Shown here: piece by piece, positions 19,268 through 29,403 of the stretch | How positions within the stretch are numbered: position 1 is the stretch's first letter | How the letters are laid out: every line of letters begins with the position of its first letter | NCBI GenBank assembly: GCA_963812155.1 | Contig: CAWETW010000001.1 | Location: 672,001 to 736,000 of the forward strand | Direction: 5' to 3' | Source: Vulcanimicrobiota bacterium | GTDB taxonomy: Bacteria > Vulcanimicrobiota > Vulcanimicrobiia > Vulcanimicrobiales > Vulcanimicrobiaceae | DNA length: 64,000 nucleotides | Translations under genes and position numbers: made by a program | The notes under the pieces: generated by a model | What the model was told of the DNA's origin: nothing | Database searches by the model: none | Seen by the model: only the letters and a program-made list of their open reading frames with translations

Positions 19268-20238
19268 CGCAGCGCGACGCCCGACGCGCGGTCGAACCTG
19301 CGCACGAACTCTGCCGGAAATTCCAAGTTGACGTTGTCTCCGGGACGCACCGCGAGGCCCGCCGGAACCCGCGCGGTGACGTCGCCACGCGCCGTTTCCA
19401 CCACGACGTAAGCGTCGGCGCCGGTCGGTTCCCGGCGCGTGACGCGACCGCGCAATTCCGCTCCCTCGACCACGCGCACGTGCTCCGGCCGAATGCCGAG
19501 CAACGGATCGCCGTCGAGCACGTTCATCGGACGGTCGCCGAGGAAGCGCGCCACTGCGATCGTTCGCGGAGAATCGAAGACGACGGCCGGATCGCCGCCG
19601 TCTTCAATGCGTCCGTCGATCAACACCGCGAGCTCGTCACCGACGCTCATTGCCTCCGCGTGATCGTGCGTGACGTAGACGATCGGTCCGGGAAACCGTT
19701 GGCGCAAGCCCACGACTTCGTCGCGAACGGTTCGCCGCAGCGAAGGATCGAGGTGCGCGAGCGGTTCGTCCATCAGCAGCGCGAGCGGATCCGACAGCAG
19801 CGCGCGCGCCATTGAAGCGCGCTGCCGTTCTCCGCCGGAAAGTTCGCGCGGCCGGCGATCGAGCACGCCCGCGACGTGCAGCGCGGTCGCCGTCTCGGAG
19901 AGAAGTGCCGACGACGACGGTCCGTTGGTGCGCAGTGCGAATCGAAGGTTCGCGCGCACCGTCATATTGTTGAAGAGCGCATCGTCTTGGAAGACGAAGG
20001 CGATGCGGCGGCGTTGCGGCGGCGCGTGCACGATGCTGCGGCCGGCGAGCGTGACATCACCGCTGCGCGGGCACAGCAATCCGGCGATCACGCGCAGCAG
20101 CGTCGTTTTGCCGGCACCGGATGGACCGACGACGGCCAGCGTGCGGCCTGGTCCCACGGAGATCGAGACGCGATCGAGCGCAACACGGCGCCCGTAGGAT
20201 GCGACGAGGTCGTGCGCCGCGAGCGGGCCTGCGTGCAT
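19264..20238 (-). CDS. ABC transporter ATP-binding protein (MalK/MsiK-like, with TOBE domain)
   Basis: GPSGAGKT, LSGGERQR, LLMDEP, YVTHD. Confidence 0.9.
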   Translation of the reverse strand: MHAGPLAAHDLVASYGRRVALDRVSISVGPGRTLAVVGPSGAGKTTLLRVIAGLLCPRSGDVTLAGRSIVHAPPQRRRIAFVFQDDALFNNMTVRANLRFALRTNGPSSSALLSETATALHVAGVLDRRPRELSGGERQRASMARALLSDPLALLMDEPLAHLDPSLRRTVRDEVVGLRQRFPGPIVYVTHDHAEAMSVGDELAVLIDGRIEDGGDPAVVFDSPRTIAVARFLGDRPMNVLDGDPLLGIRPEHVRVVEGAELRGRVTRREPTGADAYVVVETARGDVTARVPAGLAVRPGDNVNLEFPAEFVRRFDRASGVALR

Positions 20239-20534
20239 CAGGCGTCGCTGCAGAGCGAGCGGTACGTTTCGCGGGCCGATTCATCGCCGGCTCGTGCGCG
20301 GGCAATGGTCTCCCGAAGGCGCGTGACCGATGCATCGTCGGCGACTTTCCCGCCGAGCACGAGACGCAGGGCCATCAACGTCAAATCGGGAGTCCGGGCG
20401 CCGAGAATCCGTAGACCTTCGTAAAACGGCGCCGCCCGCGGGCTGGGGGGCGGCGACCCGAGCAAGCGCTGAATGACCTCGCTCTTCGCCGGCGAGCCGT
20501 TGAGAAGGTAGCCGTCGAGCAAATCGAACTCCAT
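20238..20534 (-). CDS. Hypothetical protein
   Basis: MEFDLLDGYLLNGSP...; TGA overlaps the ATG of the ABC ATPase (ATGA-type coupling). Confidence 0.65.
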   Translation of the reverse strand: MEFDLLDGYLLNGSPAKSEVIQRLLGSPPPSPRAAPFYEGLRILGARTPDLTLMALRLVLGGKVADDASVTRLRETIARARAGDESARETYRSLCSDA

Positions 20535-20537
20535 GGG

Positions 20538-21995
20538 ATGGGCAGTTTCGCCGGACGGCCGGTCATGCTCTTCGCGCTCCTCCTGGCGACGCTCGGCGCC
20601 GCCCCGTCGCCGGATTTCCTTCACCTGCTCGACCGCATGCGCGCCGCCGCCGGACCGGTGTGGAGCACGCATTTCGTTTCGATCTCACGGTTGAATCTTG
20701 AAGGACAGTCGACGGTCGTCTCGAGCGAAAGCAACGGCGTGCCGTTCGTGGTGCGGCGGTGCGAAGGCGAGCTCTGCCAAGGCACCTATTTCGACGGAAC
20801 GCGCCTCTACGCCGTAAACATGAACGACACGGCGGTGCCGACGTCGACGGATCCCGAACCGTATTTGCGCTCGTTGCGCATGGTCGCGTCGCTGAGTTTT
20901 CTCGCGCCGGGATTCACCTCGCACGGCGGACGCCTCATAGACGACGGCACCGCCAACGTCGCGGGCAAGCGCTACCGGACGCTCTTCGTGACCGATGCGC
21001 ACGCCATTCCGATTAGGCTTTTCGTCGATCCGTCAGACGCGCTCGTGCGTTACGTGCGCGATCTAGGCGGCGACGATACGTTCGAGTACCGCGACTACCG
21101 GCGCGTCAACGGGTTCTCGGTTCCCTTCCAGATTTTGCACAACGGCAGCGTGCTCGAACGGTACGACGACCGCACGCCGGTCGCGTCGGCGTTTCACCCG
21201 CCGCGCGGGCCGGTTCCGCAGTTTGCCGGCTCGACGCCGCAAACGATTGCGACCGATCCCGCACACGTCACGCCGGTCGTCAACTGCACCGTCGACGACG
21301 TCCCCGTGCGGTGCCTGATTGACACCGGCAACTCGGGCCTTTCGCTAAGTTCGGAACTCGCCGCGCGGCTGGGTGCGGCGGTCATCGGCACGTTCCACGT
21401 GCGCGGACTGGGCGACTACTCGACGCAAGTGGTGCGCGCCGGCCCGCTGCGCGTCGGCAATGCGACCTATCCCGAGGCGTACTATGTGGTGCTCAACGAC
21501 ATCAGCCGCTATGGCTACGACGTCGTGCTGGGCGCGGATTTCCTCGGCACCGCGAGCGTGGAAATCGACGCCGCGGATCACGTGGTGCGGCTCGCGACGA
21601 CGCCGGCTTCCGATGCATTTACGATTCCGCTGTCGTTTGAAAACTTCGTTCCGGTGGTCAACGTGCATCTCGGCACCGTCGAAGCGAAGCTCGCCGTCGA
21701 CACGGGCGACGAATCGAACATCAACCTCGCCTACGGCTTCTACACGAAGCACACGACGCTGTTTTCGATTACCGAGCGGCGCCTCGTCGCCGGCGTCGGC
21801 GGCACGAGCGTCGAACTCATCGGCAACATTCCGCAGGTGACGATCGGCGACTACCATACGGGTCCCCAGAAAATCGGCACGACGCAGACCCTGCAAGGGA
21901 CCGCATTCGGCCACCTCGGCGCGGCCTTCTTACGCCAGTTTGTCGTGCAATTCGACTACGCCGCCGCGGAGTTGCATTTAACGCCGAAGCCTTAG
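20538..21995 (+). CDS. Secreted aspartyl protease with two retropepsin-like domains
   Basis: LIDTGNS...VLGADF and AVDTGDE...HLGAAFL; signal peptide. Confidence 0.85.
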   Translation: MGSFAGRPVMLFALLLATLGAAPSPDFLHLLDRMRAAAGPVWSTHFVSISRLNLEGQSTVVSSESNGVPFVVRRCEGELCQGTYFDGTRLYAVNMNDTAVPTSTDPEPYLRSLRMVASLSFLAPGFTSHGGRLIDDGTANVAGKRYRTLFVTDAHAIPIRLFVDPSDALVRYVRDLGGDDTFEYRDYRRVNGFSVPFQILHNGSVLERYDDRTPVASAFHPPRGPVPQFAGSTPQTIATDPAHVTPVVNCTVDDVPVRCLIDTGNSGLSLSSELAARLGAAVIGTFHVRGLGDYSTQVVRAGPLRVGNATYPEAYYVVLNDISRYGYDVVLGADFLGTASVEIDAADHVVRLATTPASDAFTIPLSFENFVPVVNVHLGTVEAKLAVDTGDESNINLAYGFYTKHTTLFSITERRLVAGVGGTSVELIGNIPQVTIGDYHTGPQKIGTTQTLQGTAFGHLGAAFLRQFVVQFDYAAAELHLTPKP

Positions 21996-22765
21996 GGCCG
22001 GGCGTCACGCACCCATGCGGCGGCGGTTTCGGTGACCATGGCGGCGCGGTCGCGATGGGGCGCGTGGCCGCAGTGCGCGAGCAAGAGGCGATCGACCGGG
22101 CCGCGCACGGTGCGTGCGAGGGCGTCGACCTGTGCGACGGTGCCATATTCGTCATCGAGCCCTTGAATGACGAGCAGCGGGCATTCGATGCGCTGGGCAA
22201 ACGATTCGACGTTCCAATCGCGGAACGACGGCGACAACCACACGTCGTTCCACCCGTAGAACGTCCGGCCCGCATCGGCATGGTGGCGCGCCATACGTTC
22301 GCGCAGCGGCCCTTTTTCGAATTCGTTGCGTATTGCAGCGATGCTTCGCACGGAAAGATCCTCGACGAAGAGATGCGGCGCTTCTAGTATCGCGCCGCGC
22401 ACGATCTCTGGGTGTTCGGCGGCGAAGATGACGGCAATCGACGCGCCGTCGCTGTGTCCAAAGAGGATTGCGTCGTGGATGCCTTGCGCCTCGAGCAGCG
22501 CCGGCAACGTCGTTAGCGCTTCCTCATGCATGTATGCGGGCGTTCGGGCCTCGCGCAGCGGTTCCGAAAAGCCGTTCCCGTAACGCGAGTAGACCAGCGC
22601 CGCGCATCCGGTGCGTTCGGCGAGCGTCAAGGGGAAGTCGCGCCAGAGGTTTAGTGAGCCGAGGCCCTCGTGGAGGAACACGAGCGCCGGCGCCCTTTTG
22701 CTGCCGCCTATCGTTTCGATTTCGAGCTCGCGACCGGCGAGGGTAATGCGTTCCCTATGCATCAT
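21992..22765 (-). CDS. Alpha/beta fold hydrolase
   Basis: FLHEGLGS, GHSDGAS, IQG.DDEYG, CGH.PH. Confidence 0.88.
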   Translation of the reverse strand: MMHRERITLAGRELEIETIGGSKRAPALVFLHEGLGSLNLWRDFPLTLAERTGCAALVYSRYGNGFSEPLREARTPAYMHEEALTTLPALLEAQGIHDAILFGHSDGASIAVIFAAEHPEIVRGAILEAPHLFVEDLSVRSIAAIRNEFEKGPLRERMARHHADAGRTFYGWNDVWLSPSFRDWNVESFAQRIECPLLVIQGLDDEYGTVAQVDALARTVRGPVDRLLLAHCGHAPHRDRAAMVTETAAAWVRDARP

Positions 22766-22782
22766 CCGTGGCGGCGCTTTGC

Positions 22783-22908
22783 CCTTCGACGCCGCATCGC
22801 TTCGCGATGCTTCGCTCAGGGTGACACAAATCTCACCTCTCGCTCGGGGTGGCACAAATGGCGTGATACACTCTACCGTCGCTCAGCGTGACACGAATAG
22901 CGTGACAC
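22783..22908 (+). repeat. REP-like element followed by three partial 3'-end copies with variable spacers
   Basis: cgctcagggtgacac, cgctcggggtggcac, cgctcagcgtgacac, agcgtgacac. Confidence 0.75.
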
Positions 22909-22916
22909 CTTGTGTA

Positions 22917-24430
22917 CTACGACGTGCGGACGACGACCATGCTCCACGGAGGCAGCGTCACCATAAAGCTGCCGGTCCAAGCCGGGAGCGTCGACGTTGC
23001 GGGGCCTTTCCACACGTTCTTCTTCGACGCGTCGTACAAGGCTTTGTCATAGGTGACGATCGTACCGCCCGAACCCGAGCTCTTGCCGTCGATCTGCACC
23101 GGCACGCTCGCGCTCGAATTCTTGTTGAGATTGAAAAGCATCAACGCGTACCCGCCGTTGTAGGTAGACGCGTACGCGCGAACGCTTGGGAGCGACGACT
23201 TCGTGAGGCCGAGCATATGCTCGCCGTCGCGCACGAAGTGCGACGCGACCTGGAACGCGCGCGCCGTCGGCAAGCATCGTTCCGCGCGGCACGTTTTCGC
23301 TCGTAGCAGCCGTCTTGCAGCGTTCCGTCGGAGAAGATCATGAAGCCGCCGAAATCTTGCCAGCCGTAGAGGGACGGGTCGAAGTCACCGCCGCCGTCTT
23401 TCGAGTTGCAGCCGCCGTAGCCGAGCCACCACGTTGCACGCGTCACGCCGTCTTCGAGCAGTTCGCCGAGAATTTGCCCGGCGTAGAGTGCTTGCGTGAT
23501 CGACATCGTCTGTTTTCCCGGCGTGGCGTACGTCGAGCCGATTTCGCCGACGTAAATGGGCGTTGCCCCGTGACCGGCTGCGGCGAGTTCGCCTTTGAGC
23601 GCCTTGAGATAGGTCGTGATGCCGGGCGCCGCCTTGTGAATGAGAAAATCGTCGTTGACGGTGTTGCCTTGGGGATAGTAGTGCAGCTCGACGCAGTCGT
23701 ACTTCGCCTGGGCGAGCACGGTCGAATCCCATCCGGACGTATTGGGATCGACGTCGACGCACACGCCGATCGGCATTTTTGCGGCGGCTTTCATCTGCGG
23801 ATAGAAGCCGTTCGCGACGTTTTGCGCGTACTGCGTGGGATCGTGCGGTTGCGAATGCTTGTCGGTTTCCCACGAGCCGTACTCTTCGTTGCCGACGCTC
23901 CACCACAGGACTTTGTCGTGTTTGGTGGCGTTGGCGTACGTCACCCAGGCGGCAGCTTCGGACGGATCGGCGCCCCCGGTGCACGCCGGATTGGAGCCGT
24001 AGTTCACGGTAATCGAGAGATCCAGTTTTGCCGGTCGAACGATGTCGCTCTCGAAATTATCGAACGTCGAGTTCGGATTGACGTAGCCTCCGCTGCAATC
24101 GCCTTGTCCTAGGCTATTCGTCTGCCAATGGAAGTTGTCGGATTCCGAGCCGCCGGGCCAACGCGTCGCCGTCATGCCGGCTTTTTGAAAGGCTTGTGAC
24201 AGATTCGACTGCGTGACGTCGTACCAGGTCGCCATATTGGCACCCATCACCAAACCGGAAACGGTCGCGCCGGTCTGCGAGGGATGAACGACGATCGACG
24301 CGCCGGCTGCGTGCACTCCGGCGCTCGTGCCGCTTGGCGTCGCAGGCGCTCCCGGTGCGACCGCGCCGGAATAGCCTCGGCAGGCCGCCAGACACGTGCA
24401 AATTACGACAAACGCCCACACTCGTTTCAT
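22917..24430 (-). CDS. Lipoprotein clan GH-A glycoside hydrolase (arabinofuranosidase-like); frameshifts near 23300 and 23273
   Basis: Lipobox LAAC; RWPGGS.SD, WSVGNE (acid/base), IYVGE (nucleophile); C-terminal beta-sandwich in ORF 22917..23273. Confidence 0.75.
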
Positions 24431-24532
24431 GACTCACTTATACTCCGGGCAAGCGAGGGCGTCAACGGAAGGAACGGCGTGCCTCAGCGCCAACGGGCGC
24501 CTTCTCAATTCAATGCCGTGAAGGAGCGCATC

Positions 24533-24907
24533 GTGCCCAACAATCCCTTCGTCCACGCAGAACTGGTTACGCCCGATCTCGCGAAAGCGAAACAGTTTTA
24601 CCAATCGCTCTTCGATTGGAAGTACAACGACGTCATGGGCGGAGAGTACACGATCATCGACGTCGGCGAACACAAATACGGCGTCGGCGGCGGCATGCTG
24701 ACGACGCCCGAACCGGGCATTCCGCCGCATTGGTTTCCCTACGTTGCCGTTTCGGATCTTGCCGCGTCAACGGAGAAAGCCAAGTCGCTAGGCGCAACCG
24801 TCATTAAAGACATCACCAAGATCGAAGGGTCGGAGAGTTCGTTCAGCATCATCATGGACCCGGCGGGCGCCGTCCTCGGCCTGTATTCCGGCGGCGGAGA
24901 CATGTAG
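24533..24907 (+). CDS. VOC family protein
   Basis: FVHAEL.TPD..KAKQFY..LFDW, W.PYVAV.D, DPAGAVLGL; RBS aaggag before GTG. Confidence 0.85.
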   Translation: MPNNPFVHAELVTPDLAKAKQFYQSLFDWKYNDVMGGEYTIIDVGEHKYGVGGGMLTTPEPGIPPHWFPYVAVSDLAASTEKAKSLGATVIKDITKIEGSESSFSIIMDPAGAVLGLYSGGGDM

Positions 24908-24985
24908 CTTCGGGCCGCCGCAATCGCGCTACGAACTTAGCGCCGTCAGCTTCCTAGGCGGCCAACCGGATGTCTTTTTTTGCGT

Positions 24986-25011
24986 GCTTAGGCGGCGCGT
25001 GAGGCGGGTAC
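24986..25011 (+). promoter_or_regulatory. Putative SigB/SigF-type promoter
   Basis: GCTTAG-N14-GGGTAC upstream of the stress-type gene trio. Confidence 0.45.
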
Positions 25012-25023
25012 CATGCGCCTACT

Positions 25024-25380
25024 ATGGACACGACTGATTTTTCCGGATACGTCACCAGGCAACTCGAAGCACGAACGGCGGACTCCGGTCGCCGTATCAG
25101 GACGACGGCGGAAACGATGCGCACCGTCGCCGATCAACTGCGCAGCGACTCGAACACGGCCATGGCGGCCGACCTTGCCGAGCGCGGCGCCGATCTCATC
25201 GATCGCGTCGGAACCTACATCGAAGGAACTCCGCTCGACCGTATGATGGCCGACGCCGAGGCTTTGGGCCGGCGGCAGCCGTGGATCGTCGCGGGCGCCG
25301 GAATCGCTGCCGGTATCATAGCTTCACGCTTGTTGAGATCGACGGCGGCGCGGCGGCAGGCGGCAACGGATTTCGCATGA
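25024..25380 (+). CDS. Hypothetical helical protein with C-terminal anchor (ElaB/YqjD-like architecture)
   Basis: ...AEALGRRQPWIVAGAGIAAGIIASRLLRS; ATGA overlap with the next gene. Confidence 0.7.
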   Translation: MDTTDFSGYVTRQLEARTADSGRRIRTTAETMRTVADQLRSDSNTAMAADLAERGADLIDRVGTYIEGTPLDRMMADAEALGRRQPWIVAGAGIAAGIIASRLLRSTAARRQAATDFA

Positions 25381-25787
25381 GGAACGCACCGGCTCAGGCT
25401 GACCTTTCCATCGCCGAACTGCTGCAAAAGCTTGCCGCCGAGACGTCCCTGCTCATACGGCAGGAAGTCATGCTGGCACGCAGCGAGGTTCTTGGCACGC
25501 TCAAGCAAGCCACACGCCCTGCGGCGGACTTCGGGATCGCGGCGCTGTTCGCGATCGGCGCGTTCGGCACGCTAACGACGCTGTTCATTGCTGCATTGTC
25601 TTTGGCACTGCCGGTGTGGGCAGCCGCGCTGATCGTCACGGTGATTTACGGCGCCGTCGCGGCTTTTGCCGCGATGCGGGGACGCTCGTCGCTGACGAAA
25701 ATCGGAAGTCCGATTCCAGACCAAACGATTCAAACGATCAAAGATGACATTACCGAGGTCCGCGCCGGAATTGCGCGCGGCCGCTAA
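25377..25787 (+). CDS. Phage holin family (holin-X/YhjD-like) membrane protein
   Basis: SIAELLQKL..ETSLLIRQEV.LAR.E, two TM helices, P.QTIQTIKDD. Confidence 0.8.
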   Translation: MRNAPAQADLSIAELLQKLAAETSLLIRQEVMLARSEVLGTLKQATRPAADFGIAALFAIGAFGTLTTLFIAALSLALPVWAAALIVTVIYGAVAAFAAMRGRSSLTKIGSPIPDQTIQTIKDDITEVRAGIARGR

Positions 25788-25800
25788 AGAGGAGATTTTC

Positions 25801-26410
25801 GTGGATCAGAATCCCGATACCATTCGGCGTAGATATCGAGGAGACGCAGGCGCGCATGGGCGACACGGTTGAGGCGCTCGCCTATAAAACCGACGTGCCT
25901 GCTCGCACTCGAGATGCGGTCAGCGATCGCGTCGAAGCGATCAAGGGCAGAGTCTCCGACTTCGTTTCCTCGGCCACGGGTGCCGTGGGCGCTGCCGGCG
26001 ACGCCATCGGCGACGCAACCTCGGGCGCTAAGGAAAAGGCGGCTAGTGCCGTTGCGGCGATGCCTTCGCCTTCTCAAGCCGTGCAGACGATCGGAACGAT
26101 CGCTTCAAACAATCCGTTGGGCTTGGCAATCGGTTCGGTTGCGGCGGGATTTCTCATCGGCCTCTGTCTGCCCGTGAGCGACATCGAGCGTGACCGCGTG
26201 GGTCGCATCGGCGAACGCATGACCGAACAAGCGAAATCCGCCGCTGCAGATGCGGTGGAGCAAGGAAAAGCCGCCGTCACGCAAGTAATCGGCGACGCGA
26301 TTTCCGCGAACGGCACAGAAGCAGGCGTAGCGCGCGGCGCTTCGACGCCGTTCGCGGAGCCTGTGCTGAGCGAGCGAAGCGAGTCGAAGTGCTCACTTCG
26401 CTCAGCGTGA
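25801..26410 (+). CDS. DUF3618 domain protein (frameshift near 25831; 3' end runs into the REP element)
   Basis: RBS agaggag; VDQNPDTIRR/DIEETQARMGDTVEALAYKTDVPAR; NPLGLAIGSVAAGFLIGL. Confidence 0.75.
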
Positions 26411-26413
26411 CAC
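26340..26413 (+). repeat. REP-like element with a nested inverted copy (about 26360-26391)
   Basis: cttcgacgccg...ttcgctcagcgtgacac encloses cctgtgctgagcgagcgaagcgagtcgaagtg (reverse complement cacttcgactcgcttcgctcgctcagcacagg). Confidence 0.75.
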
Positions 26414-26619
26414 CGCCGCATCTCGCCCGGCGGAGCGACGCGAAAGCGCCATTCGGGCCCAACTTCGCCGCGTCCGGCAGCCCAGCGGTCGAGGCGAATC
26501 GTCATCGCGGCTTGCAGACGCGAATGCGTTCGCTGAGGGCTCACCTTTTGCAGCGGCCTTCCGCCGACCCATTCGGTCTCTGGCTTGCTTTCCGGCAACA
26601 CGATTTCGTCCAACGACAT
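26413..26619 (-). pseudogene. Uma2 family endonuclease, 5' fragment truncated at the REP element
   Basis: EIVLPESKPETEWVGGRPLQKVSPQRTHSRLQ...EVGPEWRF...GEMRR stops before the catalytic PD motif. Confidence 0.75.
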
Positions 26620-26729
26620 AGCGCCACACGACTTTATCACGGCGCTGAATTTGCGAGCAATCCCCTGGGACGAATCGGGCGTGGGCTCGCAGGCGACACC
26701 GGCCGCACGAGCCGAACGCTTGGCACCAG

Positions 26730-29403
26730 ATGAGTGCTGAGAGGGAGAGGCTCGAGCGCAGGCGACTAAGGCGGGAGCCGTGGGGCTTGTGGGGCCCTTA
26801 CGTCAGCGAGCGTCAATGGGGGACCGTGCGCGAAGATTACAGCCCCTACGGCACGGCCTGGGACTATTTTCCGCACGACCACGCGCGCTCGCGCGCGTAT
26901 CGTTGGGGCGAAGACGGCATCGCGGGCATTTGCGACGACCATCAGTTGCTGTGTTTTGCGGTGACGTGTTGGAACGGAAAGGATCCGATTCTCAAAGAGC
27001 GTCTGTTCGGCCTTACCAACGGTGAGGGCAATCACGGCGAGGACGTTAAGGAGTACTACTTCTACCTTGATAACGTGCCGTCGCACGCGTACATGAAGAT
27101 GCTCTATCGCTATCCGCACGACGAGTATCCGTACGCGTGGCTCGTTGCTGAGAATCACCGGCGTGGGAAAACAGACCCGGAGTTCGAGTTAATCGACACG
27201 GGAATCTTCAACGACAACCGTTTTTTCGACATTGTCGTGGAGTATGCGAAAGCCGATCCCAGCGACGTTCGCGGGCGCATCACCGTCGTCAATCACGGAC
27301 CGCAGGCCGCCTCGCTGGATCTTCTTCCGACGCTCTGGTTTCGCAACACGTGGTCGTGGCAGCACGGATCGCGTACAAACCGTCGATCTCGCGAGCTTCC
27401 AGCGATACGAGACGGCGTCGATCGGCTCACCGCCGAACACGAGCGGCTCGGTACGTATCGATTTCTACGCCGATGCGCCGCAAGAGTGGCTGTTCACCGA
27501 AAACGAGACGAACTACGAGCGGCTCTTCGGCTCGCCCAATCCGACACGGTACGTCAAAGACGGCATCGATTCATACGTCGTGCACGGCCGGCACGATGCC
27601 GTGAATCCGAAAAACACCGGAACGAAAGCCGCGGCGCGTTACCACTTCGACCTTCAACCCGGTGAGTCAAAGACCGTGCGTTTCCGGCTCGCGAACGGGG
27701 ATGCGCCGGGCGATCCGTTTGCAGATTTCGATGCCGTGTTCGAACGGCGCCGCGCCGAAGCGGACGAGTTCTACGCCGAAGTCGCCGACGTGCCGCTCAG
27801 CGACGATCTGCGCTCGATCGCGCGTCAAGCGTTTGCGAGTATTTTGTGGAGCAAGCAGTTTTACTATTACGTGGTGCAGGAATGGCTCGACGGCGATCCG
27901 GCGATGCCGCCTCCGCCGCCGCAGCGTGCGACGGGCAGAAACAGCGATTGGACGCACCTGCACGCCGCCAACATTCTATCGATGCCGGATACGTGGGAAT
28001 ATCCGTGGTTTGCCGAGTGGGATCTCGCTTTCCATTGCGTCGTCCTGGCGTTGCTCGATCCCGACTACGCCAAGCACCAAATGATGCTGCTGACGCGAGA
28101 GTGGTTTCTGCATCCCAACGGCGAGTTGCCGGCGTACGAATGGAATTTCGGCGACGTCAATCCGCCGCTGTGGGCGTGGGCGGCACGGCGCGTTTATCAA
28201 ATCGATCAGAAGATCAACGGAGCGGCCGACACGCTCTTCCTCGAGCGGGTCTTCCAAAAGCTGCTGCTGACCTTCACGTGGTGGGTCAATCGCAAAGACG
28301 CCCAAGGAAACAACATTTTCCAAGGCGGCTTTCTCGGGCTCGACAACATCGGCGTCATCGATCGCAACGCGCTGCCGCCGGAAGTTCGCCTCGACCAATC
28401 CGACGGGACGGCCTGGATGGCGGTCTTCAGCGGAAACATGCTCGCCATTGCGCTCGTGCTGTCGCAGACACGCCCCGCCTACGAAGACATCGCCGCAAAG
28501 TTCTTTGCGCATTTCCTCTTCATTGCGAAGGCGATGAACGGGCTCGGCGGTTCCGGACTGTGGGACGATGCCGACGGGTTTTACTACGACTGGCTGAAGG
28601 TGCCGGGCAAGCCGCCGTTTCCATTACAGGTGCACTCGCTCGTCGGTTTGATCCCCCTGATCGCGAGTGAAGTCGCCGACCGTGACGTCGTCGCGAAGTT
28701 GCCGGATTTTCTCAAGCGCGTCGACTGGTTCGTGAAACACCGGCGCGACCTCGTCGAATCGATGGCCTACATGGAACGCGGCGGCATTCGAGAGCGATAC
28801 CTGATGGCGCTGGTCGACGCGAAGAAGCTGGTGCGCCTGCTGCAGCGCATGCTCGACGAAACCGAGTTCCTGAGCTCGTACGGCATCCGTTCGGTGTCGC
28901 GCATCCATCTCGAGCATCCCTACGTGCTGTCGATCGGCGGTTTCACGAGAAGCATCGGGTACGAACCGGCCGAATCGCAGACCGGCGCGTTCGGCGGTAA
29001 CTCCAACTGGCGCGGCCCGATATGGTTTCCGATCAATTATCTACTCATCGAGGCGCTCCAGAAGCTGCACTACTACTACGGCGACGCCTTTACGGTTGAA
29101 ATGCCGGCCGGCTCCGGGAAGCAGGCGACGCTTTGGGAAGTCGCCGACGAGCTGTCACGACGTCTGATTTCGATTTTCGAGCGGGACGCATCGGGGCGGC
29201 GCGCCGTGTTCGGCGGCAATACCACCTTTCAGGACGATCCGCTCTGGCGCGACTACGTGCCGTTCTACGAATATTTCCACGGCGACAACGGCGCGGGATT
29301 AGGCGCGAGCCATCAAACCGGGTGGACGGCGTTGGTCGGAAAGCTTATCTTGCAGCGCGGCGAGTATGCGGGGCAGCAGAAACACCCGCTTGAAAACACG
29401 TAG
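26730..29403 (+). CDS. MGH1-like glycoside hydrolase (GH63-related glucosidase); frameshift near 27465
   Basis: [67 protein letters not shown]. Confidence 0.88.

Noticed and set aside
22783..22908. Degenerate CRISPR mini-array
   Set aside because: Repeats are about 15 bp, spacers are short and irregular, and the sequence is part of the REP-like family
25377..25787. Prophage lysis gene
   Set aside because: This holin-like family occurs with DUF3618 in chromosomal stress clusters, and no phage genes are nearby
26074..26640. Full-length 188-aa Uma2 protein as in the ORF track
   Set aside because: Only the first 70 or so residues are Uma2-like; the rest is REP sequence and the antisense of DUF3618
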